Of a stretch of 64,000 nt of DNA, positions 37,073-49,828 are shown one piece after another. Source of the DNA: Felis catus (lineage: Eukaryota). The stretch covers positions 136,092,001 through 136,156,000 of the forward strand of contig NC_058368.1 of NCBI RefSeq assembly GCF_018350175.1, written 5' to 3'. The number at the start of each line of letters is the position of its first letter. Position 1 is the stretch's first letter. Both the position numbers and the translations under genes were made by a program. The notes beneath the pieces were generated by a model. It ran no database searches. It had not been told where the DNA came from and was given only the letters and a program-made list of their open reading frames with translations.

Positions 37073-38181
37073 GTAAGTAAATTTTTCTTGTTGTCCTTTC
37101 TTTGGGTATGTTGTGAGTTAAGTATCACTTTTAGAGTACAAGTTCGTGTTTTCCAAAAGTATGTTGGCAAAACTTATAGCAAATATGTTTTTTCGATAGA
37201 ATTTTTAAACAACATTTAGTTGTATTTCAGGTAACTGCTTTCTTGGTTGGGGTGGTGCCCTTTTCCTCTGAAATTAAAAATAAGTTTCCTTTCTTTTTAT
37301 TTTATTTTTAACATTTATTTATTTTTGAGACAGAGAGCATAAATGGGGGAGGGGCAGAGAGAGAGGGAGATACAGAATCGAAAGCAGGCTCCAGGCTCTG
37401 AGCCATCAGCCAAGAGCCCGACGTGGGGCTCGACCTCACGGACTGCGAGATCGTGACCTGAGCTGAAGTCAGACGCTTAACCCACTGAGCCACCCAGGCG
37501 CCCCCAAAATAAGTTTCTTTTCTTACATTACCAAAATGTTATAAAACTAAACAATTTTAATCAATACTGCAGTTTGTGTTTCTTGTACACTATACCCTGA
37601 TTCTAAAGGAACGTTGTAATTTTTATGCTCTACCTCCTAATTATTTATAGTGGATATTATTTATCTTCTAAGAACAAAGCTTCTTTAGTAAAGTTAGCCT
37701 GAGGAGGCAGATGGTTTATAATAAATCTCATTGTTATGTTGTTGATGGTTTAGCAGGTGGATGCAGGAGTGTAGCTTTTTTCAGGTTTACCAGGTCTTTG
37801 GCTTGCTGCCAAAGGGCCAGAAGCCTAGGTGGTAAGTTGTTTGACATGTAGGATTTGGAGATAAGCCATGTAGGTTGCTTCAGACAGGAGGACTGGGAGA
37901 GCCTCCCTTCACTAAGGAATTAGAGAGTAAAAACGTTCCTACCTAGGGCATAGCAGGTTTATATTTGATGACAAGGTTTTTGACTGAGAAATTGACTCTT
38001 GGGCCACGCCGTTATTAATAATAGTGTTACGGTTTATCATATAAAAAAAATGCAAGTTAAAATAATTTCCTTCTTGCCAATGGGTAGAATTGACAAGATA
38101 TATATTGTTCATTTAAAAATATTTTTTATATTAAATATTAAATTGTCTCACATTTAAAAACAATTGTTGTTTGTTTATTAG

Positions 38182-38241
38182 TTCTTCACTGGAACAAGAA
38201 AAGAAAACTGAAAAATCATTGACACCAGTCCAGACAAGAGA
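38182..38241 (+). CDS. BDP1: BDP1 exon 4 (SSLEQEKKTEKSLTPVQTR)
   Basis: 60 nt; ttattag| ... GA|gtaagc; phase 2-2. Confidence 0.92.
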
Positions 38242-39338
38242 GTAAGCATTTTATCTTAGTGTTTTTTTAAAATAAGTTATTTGATGGGTACAGTTTTTAA
38301 AAAAAGAAATCAAATGATGCTTTTTGTTATAGTCAAATTGCATGTGATAGGAATGTTTAGATAGAATCACTAGCAAGAATAAAACTTACTCTCTGATTTA
38401 AATCAAAATGTAAGGCGGCCCATACTGTGTATTATATATGGAAATGGCCAATGGTGTTATTTTAATGAAACCTTATATTTTATTTTTATTTATTTTAAAA
38501 ATATTGTTTTGTTTAACATTTATTAATTTATTTTGAGAGACAGAGTACGTGTTCATGATTGCGGGGGAGAGGGGCGGAGAGGAAAGAGAATCCCAAGCAG
38601 GTATTCCCAGAACTATCAGCATGGGGCTCCATCTCCACAAACTGTTAGGTCATGACCTGAGCTGAAATGTTGGATGCTCAACAGATTGAGCAACCTGGGG
38701 ACACCTCAATTGAAGCTTTTAGAATTAAAAAGGATTTTGTTTTGTTTTAGAATAGCATAATAAAACAGTACAAAAATCAAATGGAACGAAAGTGTACTGA
38801 GAAGTCTTCCAACTCTGTTTTCCTGTCATCTGGTTCCGCTGCCTGAAGGCAACAATTGTTACCAATTTTTTAATGTATCATTCTAATTCTATTCTGTGTC
38901 TAAACAAATAAACGTGTATATATATTTTTTTCTTTCCCTTTTATAATTTAAAAAAAAATTTTTTTTAATGCTTTTATTTATTTTTGAGAGAGAGACTGAG
39001 TGCAGGCGAGCAAGGGGCAAAGAGAGGGAGACATAGAATCCGAAGCAGGCTCCAGGCTCTGAGTTGTCAGCGCAGAGCCCGATGTAGGGCTTGAACCCAC
39101 AAACCGCAAGATCATGACCTGAACTGAAGTCGGATGCTTAACTGACTGAGCCACCCAGGCACCCCATAGTCGGGAAATTTATAAACACGTCCTTAACATG
39201 TAGTATCTTTACTTAGGGTATAGGGAAAATTGGAAATCAAATGAAGGTTGGATTCGAAGTAATTTATTTCAGAAGTTGATAGTCCTCAGGAGATCCTTCT
39301 CCTGGATATATGAATTAAGCTATCTTTACATTCAGTAG

Positions 39339-39467
39339 GCAAGAAGGTAAAAGTACTCCTGATGCTGAAGGTCATGAAGAAGTAGAAGAAGAAGTGGATG
39401 ACGGGCCATTGCTGGTTCCTCGAGTAAAAGTGGCAGAAGATGGTTCCATTATTTTGGATGAAGAAAG
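39339..39467 (+). CDS. BDP1: BDP1 exon 5 (QEGKSTPD...GPLLVPRVKVAEDGSIILDEE)
   Basis: 129 nt; NAGNAG acceptor cagtag| (alternative start 39336); donor AG|gtaagt. Confidence 0.95.
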
Positions 39468-40883
39468 GTAAGTTAAAAAAAAAAGAGATTGTGGTTTCAA
39501 ATATAAGAACAAATGTGCTTTGTCTAATGAGAGAGATTGAATTTCTGCATCATTCATGGTTACCTGACCATATAAACACTAATGTTTATATTTTTTAATG
39601 CATGTTATAAATAGAAAGATGAGTTAGATTGATTTGTAATTTTTAGCAATTTTTATGCTGTGTTTTTTTATAAGAAGATGGTACTGCTGATTCGTCATCC
39701 ATTAACCTTCCACAATTGTTTTACTAACTTTACTGGTAATTGGGATGAGCTCCTGAACTAATTATATGCTGGTCTCTACTGATGATACATTTCAAAAATT
39801 GGCTCAGTCTTGAAGTCAAAATTCAGGTTTTCTTATTATTAACTAATACCATATTTTGGTGTGTGGTTATAACTAATGAAAATGCAACAAATGAATCAGG
39901 TTTAATCAGGGTTAATATTCTATATAACTTTTGTTATGACAAGGTTTAAATTCACATTGTAGTTTCTCAGTTAAAATATTAAAATTTTCAGATTTGGCAT
40001 TGTGGAATTATTTGTCCAAAGTGTGTTTTTAATTTAATTTTTTTTTTGTTAAATTTTTTTTTTTTCCACATTTTTATTTATTTTTGGGACAGAGAGAGAC
40101 AGAGCATGAACGGGGTAGGGGCAGAGAGAGAGGGAGACACAGAATCGGAAACAGGCTCCAGGCTCTGAGCCATCAGCCCAGAGCCTGACGCGGGGCTCGA
40201 ACTCACGGACCGCGAGATCGTGACCTGGCTGAAGTCGGACGCTTAACCGACTGCGCCACCCAGGCGCCCCCAAAGTGTGTTTTTTAAAAAAGAAGATAAA
40301 TTCACGAGTAACTAAATATAAAAGAGGGATGTAAAGTAGTCTGACAGTTCAGTATAAAAATCTTTTTATAGCATATAAAATTCTACGATAATGAAACATA
40401 AATGCAGTACTTTTAATAATTGTGTGTTTTTTGCCATTATTTTGTGATGATCATTTTACTGGTCATTAAGTAGTTAAAGCATTGTAATGCTTTGTTTACA
40501 GGAATGTAGAACAAAAACATATGATACTTATGTTTCTCATCTTCTCTTGGGTTTAGTATGATAAGGTAATATGTGTTAAATGTAGGGGACATACAGAAGT
40601 TAATAAAATATAAGTAATTTTTTGGTGGCCCAAAGATAATGTGTAAATTTTATATTGCTATTCATGATTTCAGAAGAATGTTGGCATTTAATTTTATTAC
40701 TTGGCAATCACATTTTAAGTGAAAATTAACAATCTTGGAAAATATGCATACCTCAAGTATATATTATTATACTTTTGTTCCGATTCTGTCATGGCACATT
40801 TCAAAATATAACTATTCAAATATCATGTATTATTTTCTTTCTTGTTCTAAGTGCAAATGTATTTAAAAGTGTGTCTCTTTCAG

Positions 40884-41017
40884 TTTAACTGTAGAAGTTT
40901 TAAGGACAAAAGGCCCCTGTGTTGTTGAGGAAAATGACCCCATATTTGAGCGTGGTTCTACAACTACATATTCCAGCTTTAGGAAAAACTATTATTCTAA
41001 ACCATGGTCAAATAAAG
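40884..41017 (+). CDS. BDP1: BDP1 exon 6 (LTVEVLRTKGPCVVEENDPIFERGSTTTYSSFRKNYYSKPWSNK)
   Basis: 134 nt; ctttcag| ... G|gtaact; start of the SANT/Myb-like region. Confidence 0.96.
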
Positions 41018-41149
41018 GTAACTAATTTTCATTTTAAATTTTGTGGATATTTACTTGAAGTAAAGTGAATTATTTTCTGTAAGTAATAAAATGAAAACCA
41101 TGTTATTTTCTGTCTAGCTAATTTTATTGGAACTGACCTCTGCATCCGT

Positions 41150-41150
<1 letters not shown>

Positions 41151-41180
<30 letters not shown>
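41151..41180. repeat. C30 homopolymer
   Basis: Thirty consecutive C. Confidence 0.95.
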
Positions 41181-41181
<1 letters not shown>

Positions 41182-41919
41182 CCACTTATTATGGAACTCC
41201 ATCTCTGGCTTTATCTTAGTGATCTTTTAGGAATTAGCATTATGGTAATTTGGGTAGAGTAGTCCTCTCTGTCAAATCCCTGTATAAAAAATAACATGGA
41301 AAACTGTTAATATTTCTAATACTCATAATAATGTTCTATCTTAGATACTGTTGTATAACAGAGCTTCTAAGGGTCAAAATTGTGCTGTTAAAAAGCATAT
41401 ACTACTTTTTTTTTAAGTTTGTTAATTTTGAGAGAGTTAGTGCAAGCAGGGGAAGGGTAAAGAGAGAGGGGGAGAGCGAGAATGCCAAGTAGGCTCTGCA
41501 TTGTCAGCATGGAGGCTGATACAGGGCTTGAATTCATGAACTGTGAGATCAGGACCTGAGCCAAAATCAAGAGTTGGTCACTTAAACGACCGAGCCACCC
41601 AGGTGCCTGAAGCTTATAATACCTTTTGAATGGTATCGCTTATTCTTATAAAAAATAATGCAGGTTGTTTTTGGGGAGAAAATGAAACAGAACAGAGTAA
41701 TTCAGGACAACTAGAAAGATTCTATACTTTCCTCCTCTGTATTCCCCAATCCTATTTTATTGAGGTTACTTGTTTTAATAGTTTCTTGTGTGTTTTTTTG
41801 GTTACTTTCTTTCACATACTACTTAGTGCACCTTAGTTGCTTATGTTAAAGCAGTAATATAGTGGCTGTGACTGATGGTTTTCTTAAGAACACTTTGAGA
41901 CCAGATAGGCAGAATGTTG

Positions 41920-42016
41920 TTTTCTTCTTCTTCCTCTTCTCTTTCCCCTTCTTCCTCCTTCCTCCTTCCTCTTTCTTCTCTTCTTCCTCTTCTTCCCCTT
42001 CTCTTCCCTCTCTTCC
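41920..42016. repeat. Pure polypyrimidine (CTT/CCT-type) tract
   Basis: About 95 nt of C/T only. Confidence 0.9.
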
Positions 42017-42262
42017 TAATTTTAGCTTCTTGGTATGACTTTATAAATTTCTTATGTTTCTGTATAAAAGTTTAGACATTATTTTAGATGCATGAAGTTC
42101 TTAGCAATAAAATTGACTAAAGATTTCCTGGTCTTTAATAAAAGACTATTAGATACTCTCAAATTTATTTTTAACTCAAAATATATACTTCATGTAAGAT
42201 TTTTTTTTCCTCTGAAATATTGGGATTAATTTTCATTCTTTCTAAATCTTTTATTTTTACAG

Positions 42263-42357
42263 AAACAGATATGTTTTTTTTAGCCATCAGCATGGTAGGA
42301 ACTGACTTTTCTATGATTGGACAACTTTTTCCTCACAGAGCAAGGATAGAAATTAAG
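42263..42357 (+). CDS. BDP1: BDP1 exon 7 (ETDMFFLAISMVGTDFSMIGQLFPHRARIEIK), SANT domain
   Basis: 95 nt; ttttacag| ... AAG|gtaaag. Confidence 0.97.
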
Positions 42358-45300
42358 GTAAAGTAAACCCAATACATTTGTTGATTGGAAAAGGACCAAA
42401 AATTGCTAATACTATTTTTTTAACTTTTGTTTAAATCTCAGTTCATCCTTATTCATTACTAGTTTTGAGTACATGTGTCCTTTTTTACAGCTCAGAAAGT
42501 AATGCAGTATTACTGAATTCTAATATGAGTACAATCTCCTTACCTTTAGTGTATTATCTATGTCTTGCTCACTTGTAGAATGGATTTTAGGGAGTACCCA
42601 TAAAACCACTAAATCTAAGATAAAAGAAGCATTATGTAACGAAGAGGGAAGAATAAATGTATCAGAAAACGTATTTGGATTAAGGGTAGCTTTTGAACAG
42701 AGTGTATTGCTTAATTTCCTAGGAAGGCATGAAGAGAGGCATGCTAAATTAGATAATTCCCATGATCTGATCTAACTGTTGCTTTCTTAGGCTACCTTAA
42801 CTTTGTGGACAGGGCCATTATTAACAAGAGCAGTGATGTAAATTAGTGCTTTACTATGCCTAACAGAGTGAGTAGTATTCTCTATTTTTCCCTTTGTGAG
42901 AAACTTAGTTACAAGTTTCCTGGGATGGAGTGCATATGAGTGCACACTATGTAGGCTGTCATGCATTTTCAATTAAAAAAAATTTTTTTAATATTTATTT
43001 CTGAGACAGATACAGAGCATGAGTGGGGGAGGGGCACAGAGAGAGAGAGGAAGACAGAATCCGAAGCAGGCTTCAGGCTCTGAGCTGTCAGCACAGAGCC
43101 CAGCATGGGGCTCGAACTCACAAACCATGAGATCATGACCTGAGCTGCAGTCGTTCGTTCAACTGACTGAACCACCCAGGCGCCCCTATGCCTTTTCAAT
43201 ATATTGTGAGCTCTTTTTTTATTAAAAAAATTTTTTTTAAATTTTTTATTTTATTTTTGAGAGAGAGAGACACACACAGAGCAGGGGAGGGGCAAGAGAG
43301 AGATAGAGACAGAATCTGAAGCAGGCTCCAGGCTCTGAGCTGTCAGCACAGAGCCCAACGCGGGGCTTGAACTCAGACTGCAAGACCATGACCTGAGCCG
43401 AAGTCAGACACCCAACCGACTGAGCCACCCAGGCACTCCTATAGTGAGCTCTTTATTCAACCATGGTTTTTTTTTCTTCATTAATTAAACTATCAGGAAA
43501 GACAGATGTTTTGTTCTTGTGCTACACTAGGCATGGATCCATCACCTGGGGACCATTATATGGTGTAATGGTTATTCTATTTCTGCAAAAGAAGAATTGT
43601 TTATATAATCTATGTTTCTTTTCTAATGTTGATCTTTGATATAAGGAGAAGAAAACGTTAAAGTATGTGAAGGCTAGAAATTGTCTAGGGGAGCTCTCTG
43701 ATCTGAGTAATTAATGATAAATTTGTCACTAAACTATTTCTCCCCAAAATTGTTTAGACTCCTCCCCTAAGTTTAGTGTAGTTCTAACAAATCTTTGGGC
43801 AAAATTTAGAAAAGTGAAAATTTAGACTAGTGGATTGTATTGGTTTTCAAATATCAAACCAGACTTGTGTTATTCTTTCTGATGTTGGATTTTATTATAG
43901 TTTCTTGAGAATTTTTTTTTTTTTAAGGTCATAGAGAGTGCATGCATGTGAGCCGGGGAGGGGCAGAGAGAGACGTGATCAGGGGATCTGAGGGAGGCTC
44001 TGTGCTGACAGCAGCTAGCCTGATGGAGGATTCAAACTAATGAATTTATGAACGATGAGGTCACGATCTGAGCCAAAGCTAGATGCTCAACTGACTGAGT
44101 CACCCAGGTGCCCCTCTTGAGGATTTTTTGCATCTTTGTTCATGAGGGATATTTTGAATATTTATTTATTATTGATTTATTTTTGAGAGAGGAGGGGGCA
44201 GCGAGAGAGAGGGAGAGAGAGAATCCCAAGCAGGCTCTGCACTGTTAGCACAGAGCTTAATGCGGGGCTGGAACTCATGACTGAAATGATCTGAGCTGAA
44301 ATCAAGAGTTGGACACTTACCGACTCAACCAGCCAGCCGCCCTATGAAGGATATTTTGCAACTTTCTTTTAATGCCTTTATCGTATTTTGGTACCAGGAT
44401 TATGCTGGTTATAAAAAATGAGTTGGACAGTGTTTTTGTTTTTGTTTTTTTTCTTTTATCTGAATGAATTTAAGATTAATACTATTTCTCCTTTAGTGTT
44501 CAATAGAATTCAACAGTGAAAACCTTCAGACCTGTAATTTTCTTTGAGGAAGGATTTTAAGTTCAGTTTCTTTAATACATATAGGTATATTCAGATACTC
44601 AGTTTTTTTCTTGTCAGTTTTGATGCTAAGTTGTTGAATTTATAGGCATGAAGTTTTCATACTGTTCAGTAATCATTTTAATTTTTATAGGATATTTCTC
44701 TTTGATAATTGACGTTTTCCTTTTTTTTTCTTTGTCTTGCTAAGGGTATTTTGACTTCCCCAAATCTTTCTAATGAACCAACCTGTAGTTATAAGTTTTT
44801 AATTGTGGATTTTCATTTTTTTAACTCTTCCACATTTCCTTCTATTTATTCTGCCTTTAATTATATTCTTCTTAAGATGAAAATTTTGAACATTGATTTT
44901 TAGTACTTTTTTTCTAATTAGACATTTAAAGCTATACATTTTCATCTGAGTCCTGCTTCAACTGCATTTCATAAATTTTGATAGGTTGCTTTCAGTGTTT
45001 CTCAGTTAAAAATGTTTTCTACATGTATTTCTGTTATTTAGAAGTGCGCTTAATTTCCAAATATTTGGGACATTGGTAAATATTTTACTGTTTTGTAATT
45101 GTTTTATTAATTCCATTGTGAACATCAAATATATAAGCTGTAAGATTTCAGTCTTTCTGAAATTTATTGAGATTTATTTTAAAAACATGTTATATTCATC
45201 TTGGTCAGTATTTCTGGTGCACTTGAAATGAGTGTATACTCTGTTGTTGGATATGTTGTCTAGTTCTAGTAGTTAACGAAGCAAAGAATTGACATCTGCC

Positions 45301-45564
45301 TTCATGATCATAGATTCGCCTCTTTCTGTGTTTGTATTCAGTTTTTGACGTATATTGACTTTCTTGTGTCATTCACTTTTGGGCACAGTAATGGGTACAT
45401 TCACTTTTAGTGTGCTGCTAAATTGATCATACAGCAATTGTCTTTCTCTGATTTGTATCACTTAGTATAATGCTTTCCGTGTCCATTCATGATGTTGCAA
45501 ATGGGAAAATTTCTTCTTTATGGCTGGATAATATTCCTGTACACATACATATGTACCACATTTT

Positions 45565-45946
45565 TTCTTTTTTTTTGTGCTTTGCTTTTGTAATTTTTAT
45601 CTTTAATTTACTTCCAAGTTAGTATATAGTGCAACATTGATTTTAGGGCTAGATTCCTTATTTCCCCTTACCCATTTAGACCATCTCCTCTCCCACAATT
45701 CTTCCAGTAACTCTGTTCTCCGTATTTAAGAGTCTCTCCTGTTTTGTCCCCCTCCCATTTTTATATTATTTTTGTTTCCCTTCCCTTATGTTCATCTGTT
45801 TTGTATCTTAAAGTCCTCATGTGAGTGAAGTCATATGGTATTTGTCTTTCTCTGACTAATTTTGCTTAGCATAATACCCTCTAGTTCCATCCACATAGTT
45901 GTAAATGGCAAGATTGCATTTGTTTTGATTGCCGAGTAATGCTCCG

Positions 45947-45998
<52 letters not shown>

Positions 45999-46997
45999 AT
46001 ACCACATCTTCTTTATCCATTTATCTGTTGTTGGACATTTGGGCTCTTTCCATACTTTGGCTATTGTTGCTAGAGCTGCTATAAACATTGGGGTGAATGT
46101 GCCCCTTCGAAATAGCATACCTGTATCCCTTAGGTAAATATCTAGTAGTGCAGTTGCTGGGTCGTAGTATAGTTCTATTTTTAATTTTTTGAGGACCCTC
46201 CATACTGTGTTCCAGAGTGGCTGTACCAATTTGCATTCCTGCCAGCAGTGCAAAAGAGATCCTCTTTCTCCGCATCCTCTCCAACATCTGTTGTTGTCTG
46301 AGTTGTTAATGTTAGCTATTCTGACAGGTGTGAGGTGGTATCTCAGTGTGGTTTTGATTTGTATTTCCCTGATGATGAGTGATGTGGAGCATTTTTGCAT
46401 GTGTCGGTTAGCCATCTGGGTGTCTTCTTTGGAGAAATGTCTGTTCATGTCTTTTGCCCATTTCTTCCCCTGACTATTTATTTTTTGGGTGTTAAGTTTG
46501 ATAAGTTCTTTATAGATTTTGGATACTAACCCTTTATCTGCTTTGTCGTTTGCAAATATCTTCTCCCATTCCATCAGTTGCCTTTTAGTTTTGCTGATTG
46601 TTTCCTTTGCTGTGCAGAAGCTTTTTATTTTGATGGGGTCCCAATAGTTTATTTTTGCTTTTGTTTCTCTTGCCTCTGGACATGTGTTGAGTAAGAAGTT
46701 GCTATGGGCGAGGTCAAGAGGTTTTTGCCTGCTTTCTCCTCGAGGATTTTGATGGCTTCCTGTCTTCCATTTAGGTCTTTCATCCATTTTGACTTTATTT
46801 TTGTGTATGGTGTGGGAAAGTGGTCCAGGTTCATTTTTCTGCATGTCGCTGTCCAGTTTTCCCAGCACCATTTGCTGAAGAGACTGTCTTTATTCCATTG
46901 GGTATTCTTTACTGCTTTGTCAAAGATTACTTGGTCATACATTTGTGGATTTATTTCTGGATTCCGAATTCTGTTCCATTACTCTGTTTTTGTGCCA
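45565..46997 (-). mobile_element. 5'-truncated L1 inserted into an older L1M in BDP1 intron 7; contains (TG)24 at 45948-45995
   Basis: ORF2-end ORF 45831-46871; TSD gt(a/g)ccacatttt at 45553-45564 and 46998-47009. Confidence 0.92.
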
Positions 46998-47679
46998 GTG
47001 CCACATTTTCTTTATTCATTTCTCACTGGACACTTGGATTGTCTTGGCTGCAGTGAACAATGCTGCAGTGAACTTGGGGATACATACATCTTTTCAAGAT
47101 AGTGATTTTGTTTCCTTCAGGTAAATATGCAGAAGTAGAATTGCTAGATCATGTGATAATTTTATTTTTTAATATTTTTGAGCAACATCCATACTGTATT
47201 CCATAGTAGTTGCAGTAATTTATCCAGTCTGACACTCTTTTAGTTTAATTTTATTATAGGTTGTATTTCTGAGAGAGACCAATTCATGGTCATTGAATTC
47301 TTACGTTGACCCTCATTTAAAAAAAAAAAAAAGAGAAAATGTCTGTTGTACATTTCCATGTAATAATTTAGTTCATTTACCTTTAATGTAATAACTGATA
47401 TGATTGGGTTCAAGTCTATCACCTCACTATTTTCGCTTATCCATCTGTTTTTTATTCCTCGTTTCCTGCCTTTTGGATTATTCAGATAAATCTTAGTATT
47501 CTTTCTTATTTTCTTTATTGTACCGTTTTACTCTTTACACTTTATACTCCATATGTAATAATCTCTTACAAGCATATTCCATCTACCCTTCATCCTTTGT
47601 GCAATTATATATTTCACTTTTATATACTATAATCCAATTTTACATCGAACTTATTTTAGCTTATAGTCTTTTGTCTTTA

Positions 47680-49602
47680 TTTTTAATGTTTATTATTTTT
47701 AAAAAAAAAATTTTTTTTTCAACGTTTATTTATTTTTGGGACAGAGAGAGACAGAGCATGAACGGGGGAGGGGCAGAGAGAGAGGGAGACACAGAATCGG
47801 AAACAGGCTCCAGGCTCTGAGCCATCAGCCCAGAGCCCGACGCGGGGCTCGAACCCACGGACCGCGAGATCGTGACCTGGCTGAAGTCGGACGCTTAACC
47901 GACTGCGCCACCCAGGCGCCCCAAATGTTTATTATTTTTGAGACGGGTGGGAGGGGAGTGAGGGAGGGAGACACAGAATCCAAAACAGGCTCAAGGCTCT
48001 AAGCTGTCAGCCCCCATTGTCTTGTCTTGAAAGGAAATTGAGTAGAAAAGTAGAAAAAAGAAACTAGCCTTAATATTTAGCCACCATTTTCGATGCTTTT
48101 CATTTCTTCGTGTAGGTTTGGATAGGAGATTTACTGTTGAAAAATTCTCTCAGCTTTGATTTATCTGAAAGTCTATTTCAGCTTGCTTTTTGTTTTTTTT
48201 TGTTGGATATGCAAGTGGTTTGATAGGTTTTCCTTTCAGTGTTTTAAAATTGTCATTCTCTTGTCCATTGGCCTCCAGTGTTTTTGATGATAAGTCAGTC
48301 ATATTTTTTGTTTTTATTCCCCTGTATGTGATAAATTGTTTTTCTCTATTTTTGAGAGGTTTTAACTCTGGTGTTCAGCAATAGGGTTATGATTTTCGTA
48401 TGGATAGTTTCTTTTCAATATTTTTTCTACTTTGTCCTTTTCCTCTGGGACTCCGCTTATGTCTATTAGCCTGCATAACATTATACTTCAGGTTAAAGCT
48501 CTGTTCTTTTTTTTTCCTGATCTTTTTTCTCTATATCACTTGGTTAGTTTCCATTACTGTGTTCACAGGTTCACCCTGTCTTCTGCTGTCTTCGGTCTGC
48601 AGATACGCCCATTCAGTGAATGTTTCATTTCTCATGTTACATATTTTTCATTTCTTTAATTTCCATGTGGTTATTTTTCTTAGTTTCCTTTCTTCTGAGA
48701 TTTCCCTGTTGATTCCATATTTTTCTTTATTTTATTTTATTTTATTTTATTTTATTTTATTTTATTTTATTTTATTTTATTTTATTTTATTTTATTTTAT
48801 TTTATTCTTTTCAACGTTTTATTATTTATTTTTGGGACAGAGAGAGACAGAGCATGAACGGGGGAGGGGCAGAGAGAGAGGGAGACACAGAATCGGAAGC
48901 AGGCTCCAGGCTCCGAGCCATCAGCCCAGAGTCCGACGCAGGGCTCGAACTCACGGACCGCGAGATCGTGACCTGGCTGAAGTCGGACGCTTAACCGACT
49001 GCGCCACCCAGGCGCCCCTCCATATTTTTCTTTAAATCATTGAACATATTTATAACATGTTTTAACTTTCTTGCTTGTTAATTTCAGCATTTAGATCATG
49101 TTGAGATCTGCTTCTGTTGACTATTTTCTTTGTGCATCACATTTTCTTGTCTTCTCATGTCTTATAGAGTTTTGTTGTTTTTTTTTTTTTTTTAAGTTTA
49201 TTTGGAGAGAGAGAGAGCACATGTGTGTTAGCGGGAGGGGCAGAGAGAATGGGAGAGAGAGGATATACAGAGCCCGACATGGGGCTCGAACTCCTGAACC
49301 ATGAGATCATGACCTGGGCCAGAACCAAGAACCAGATGCTTAAGTAGCTGAGCCTCCCAGGCATCCCTTGTGGAGGTTTTTTAAAAGATTTTTTTTTTTT
49401 AATGTTTATTTTTGAGAGAGAGCATGTGCGGGAGCGAGAGTAGGGGAGGGGCAGAGAAAGAGGGAGATTCGGAATTCAAAGCAGGCTCCAGGCTCCAAGC
49501 TGTCAGCATAGAGCCTGATGTGGGGCTCGAACTCACAAACCACGAGATCATGACCCAAGCTGAAGTCGGATGCTTAACTGAACTACCTAGGCGTCCCATG
49601 GA

Positions 49603-49633
<31 letters not shown>

Positions 49634-49828
49634 ATTTATTTTTGAGACAGAGAGAGACAGAGCATGAACGGGGGAGGGGCAGAGAGAGGGAGACACTGAA
49701 TCGGAAGCAGGCTCCAGGCTCTGGGCCATCAGCCCAGAGCCCGACTAGGGGCTCGAACTCACGGACCGCGAGATCGTGACCTGAGCTGAAGTCGGACGCT
49801 TAACCGACTGAGCCACCCAGGCGCCCCT
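47680..49828 (-). mobile_element. Antisense SINEC cluster (starts ~47680, 47923, 48727, 49178, 49390, 49603); the 48727 copy has a (TTTTA)n tail
   Basis: TSDs aatgtttattattttt, tccatatttttcttta, ccatggatttttt. Confidence 0.88.

Larger units (their letters stand above)
37290..44342 (-). mobile_element. Antisense SINECs in BDP1 introns 3-7 (starts ~37290, 38480, 38945, 40027, 41405, 42973, 43215, 43912, 44160; each ~200 bp; span also contains exons 4-7)
   Basis: SINEC bodies; TSDs e.g. aaaataagtttc, caaagtgtgttttt, gtgagctcttt. Confidence 0.88.

Noticed and set aside
48400..49035. 211 aa hydrophobic ORF with FILFY repeats
   Set aside because: Read-through of T-rich old L1, a (TTTTA)n tail and a SINE.
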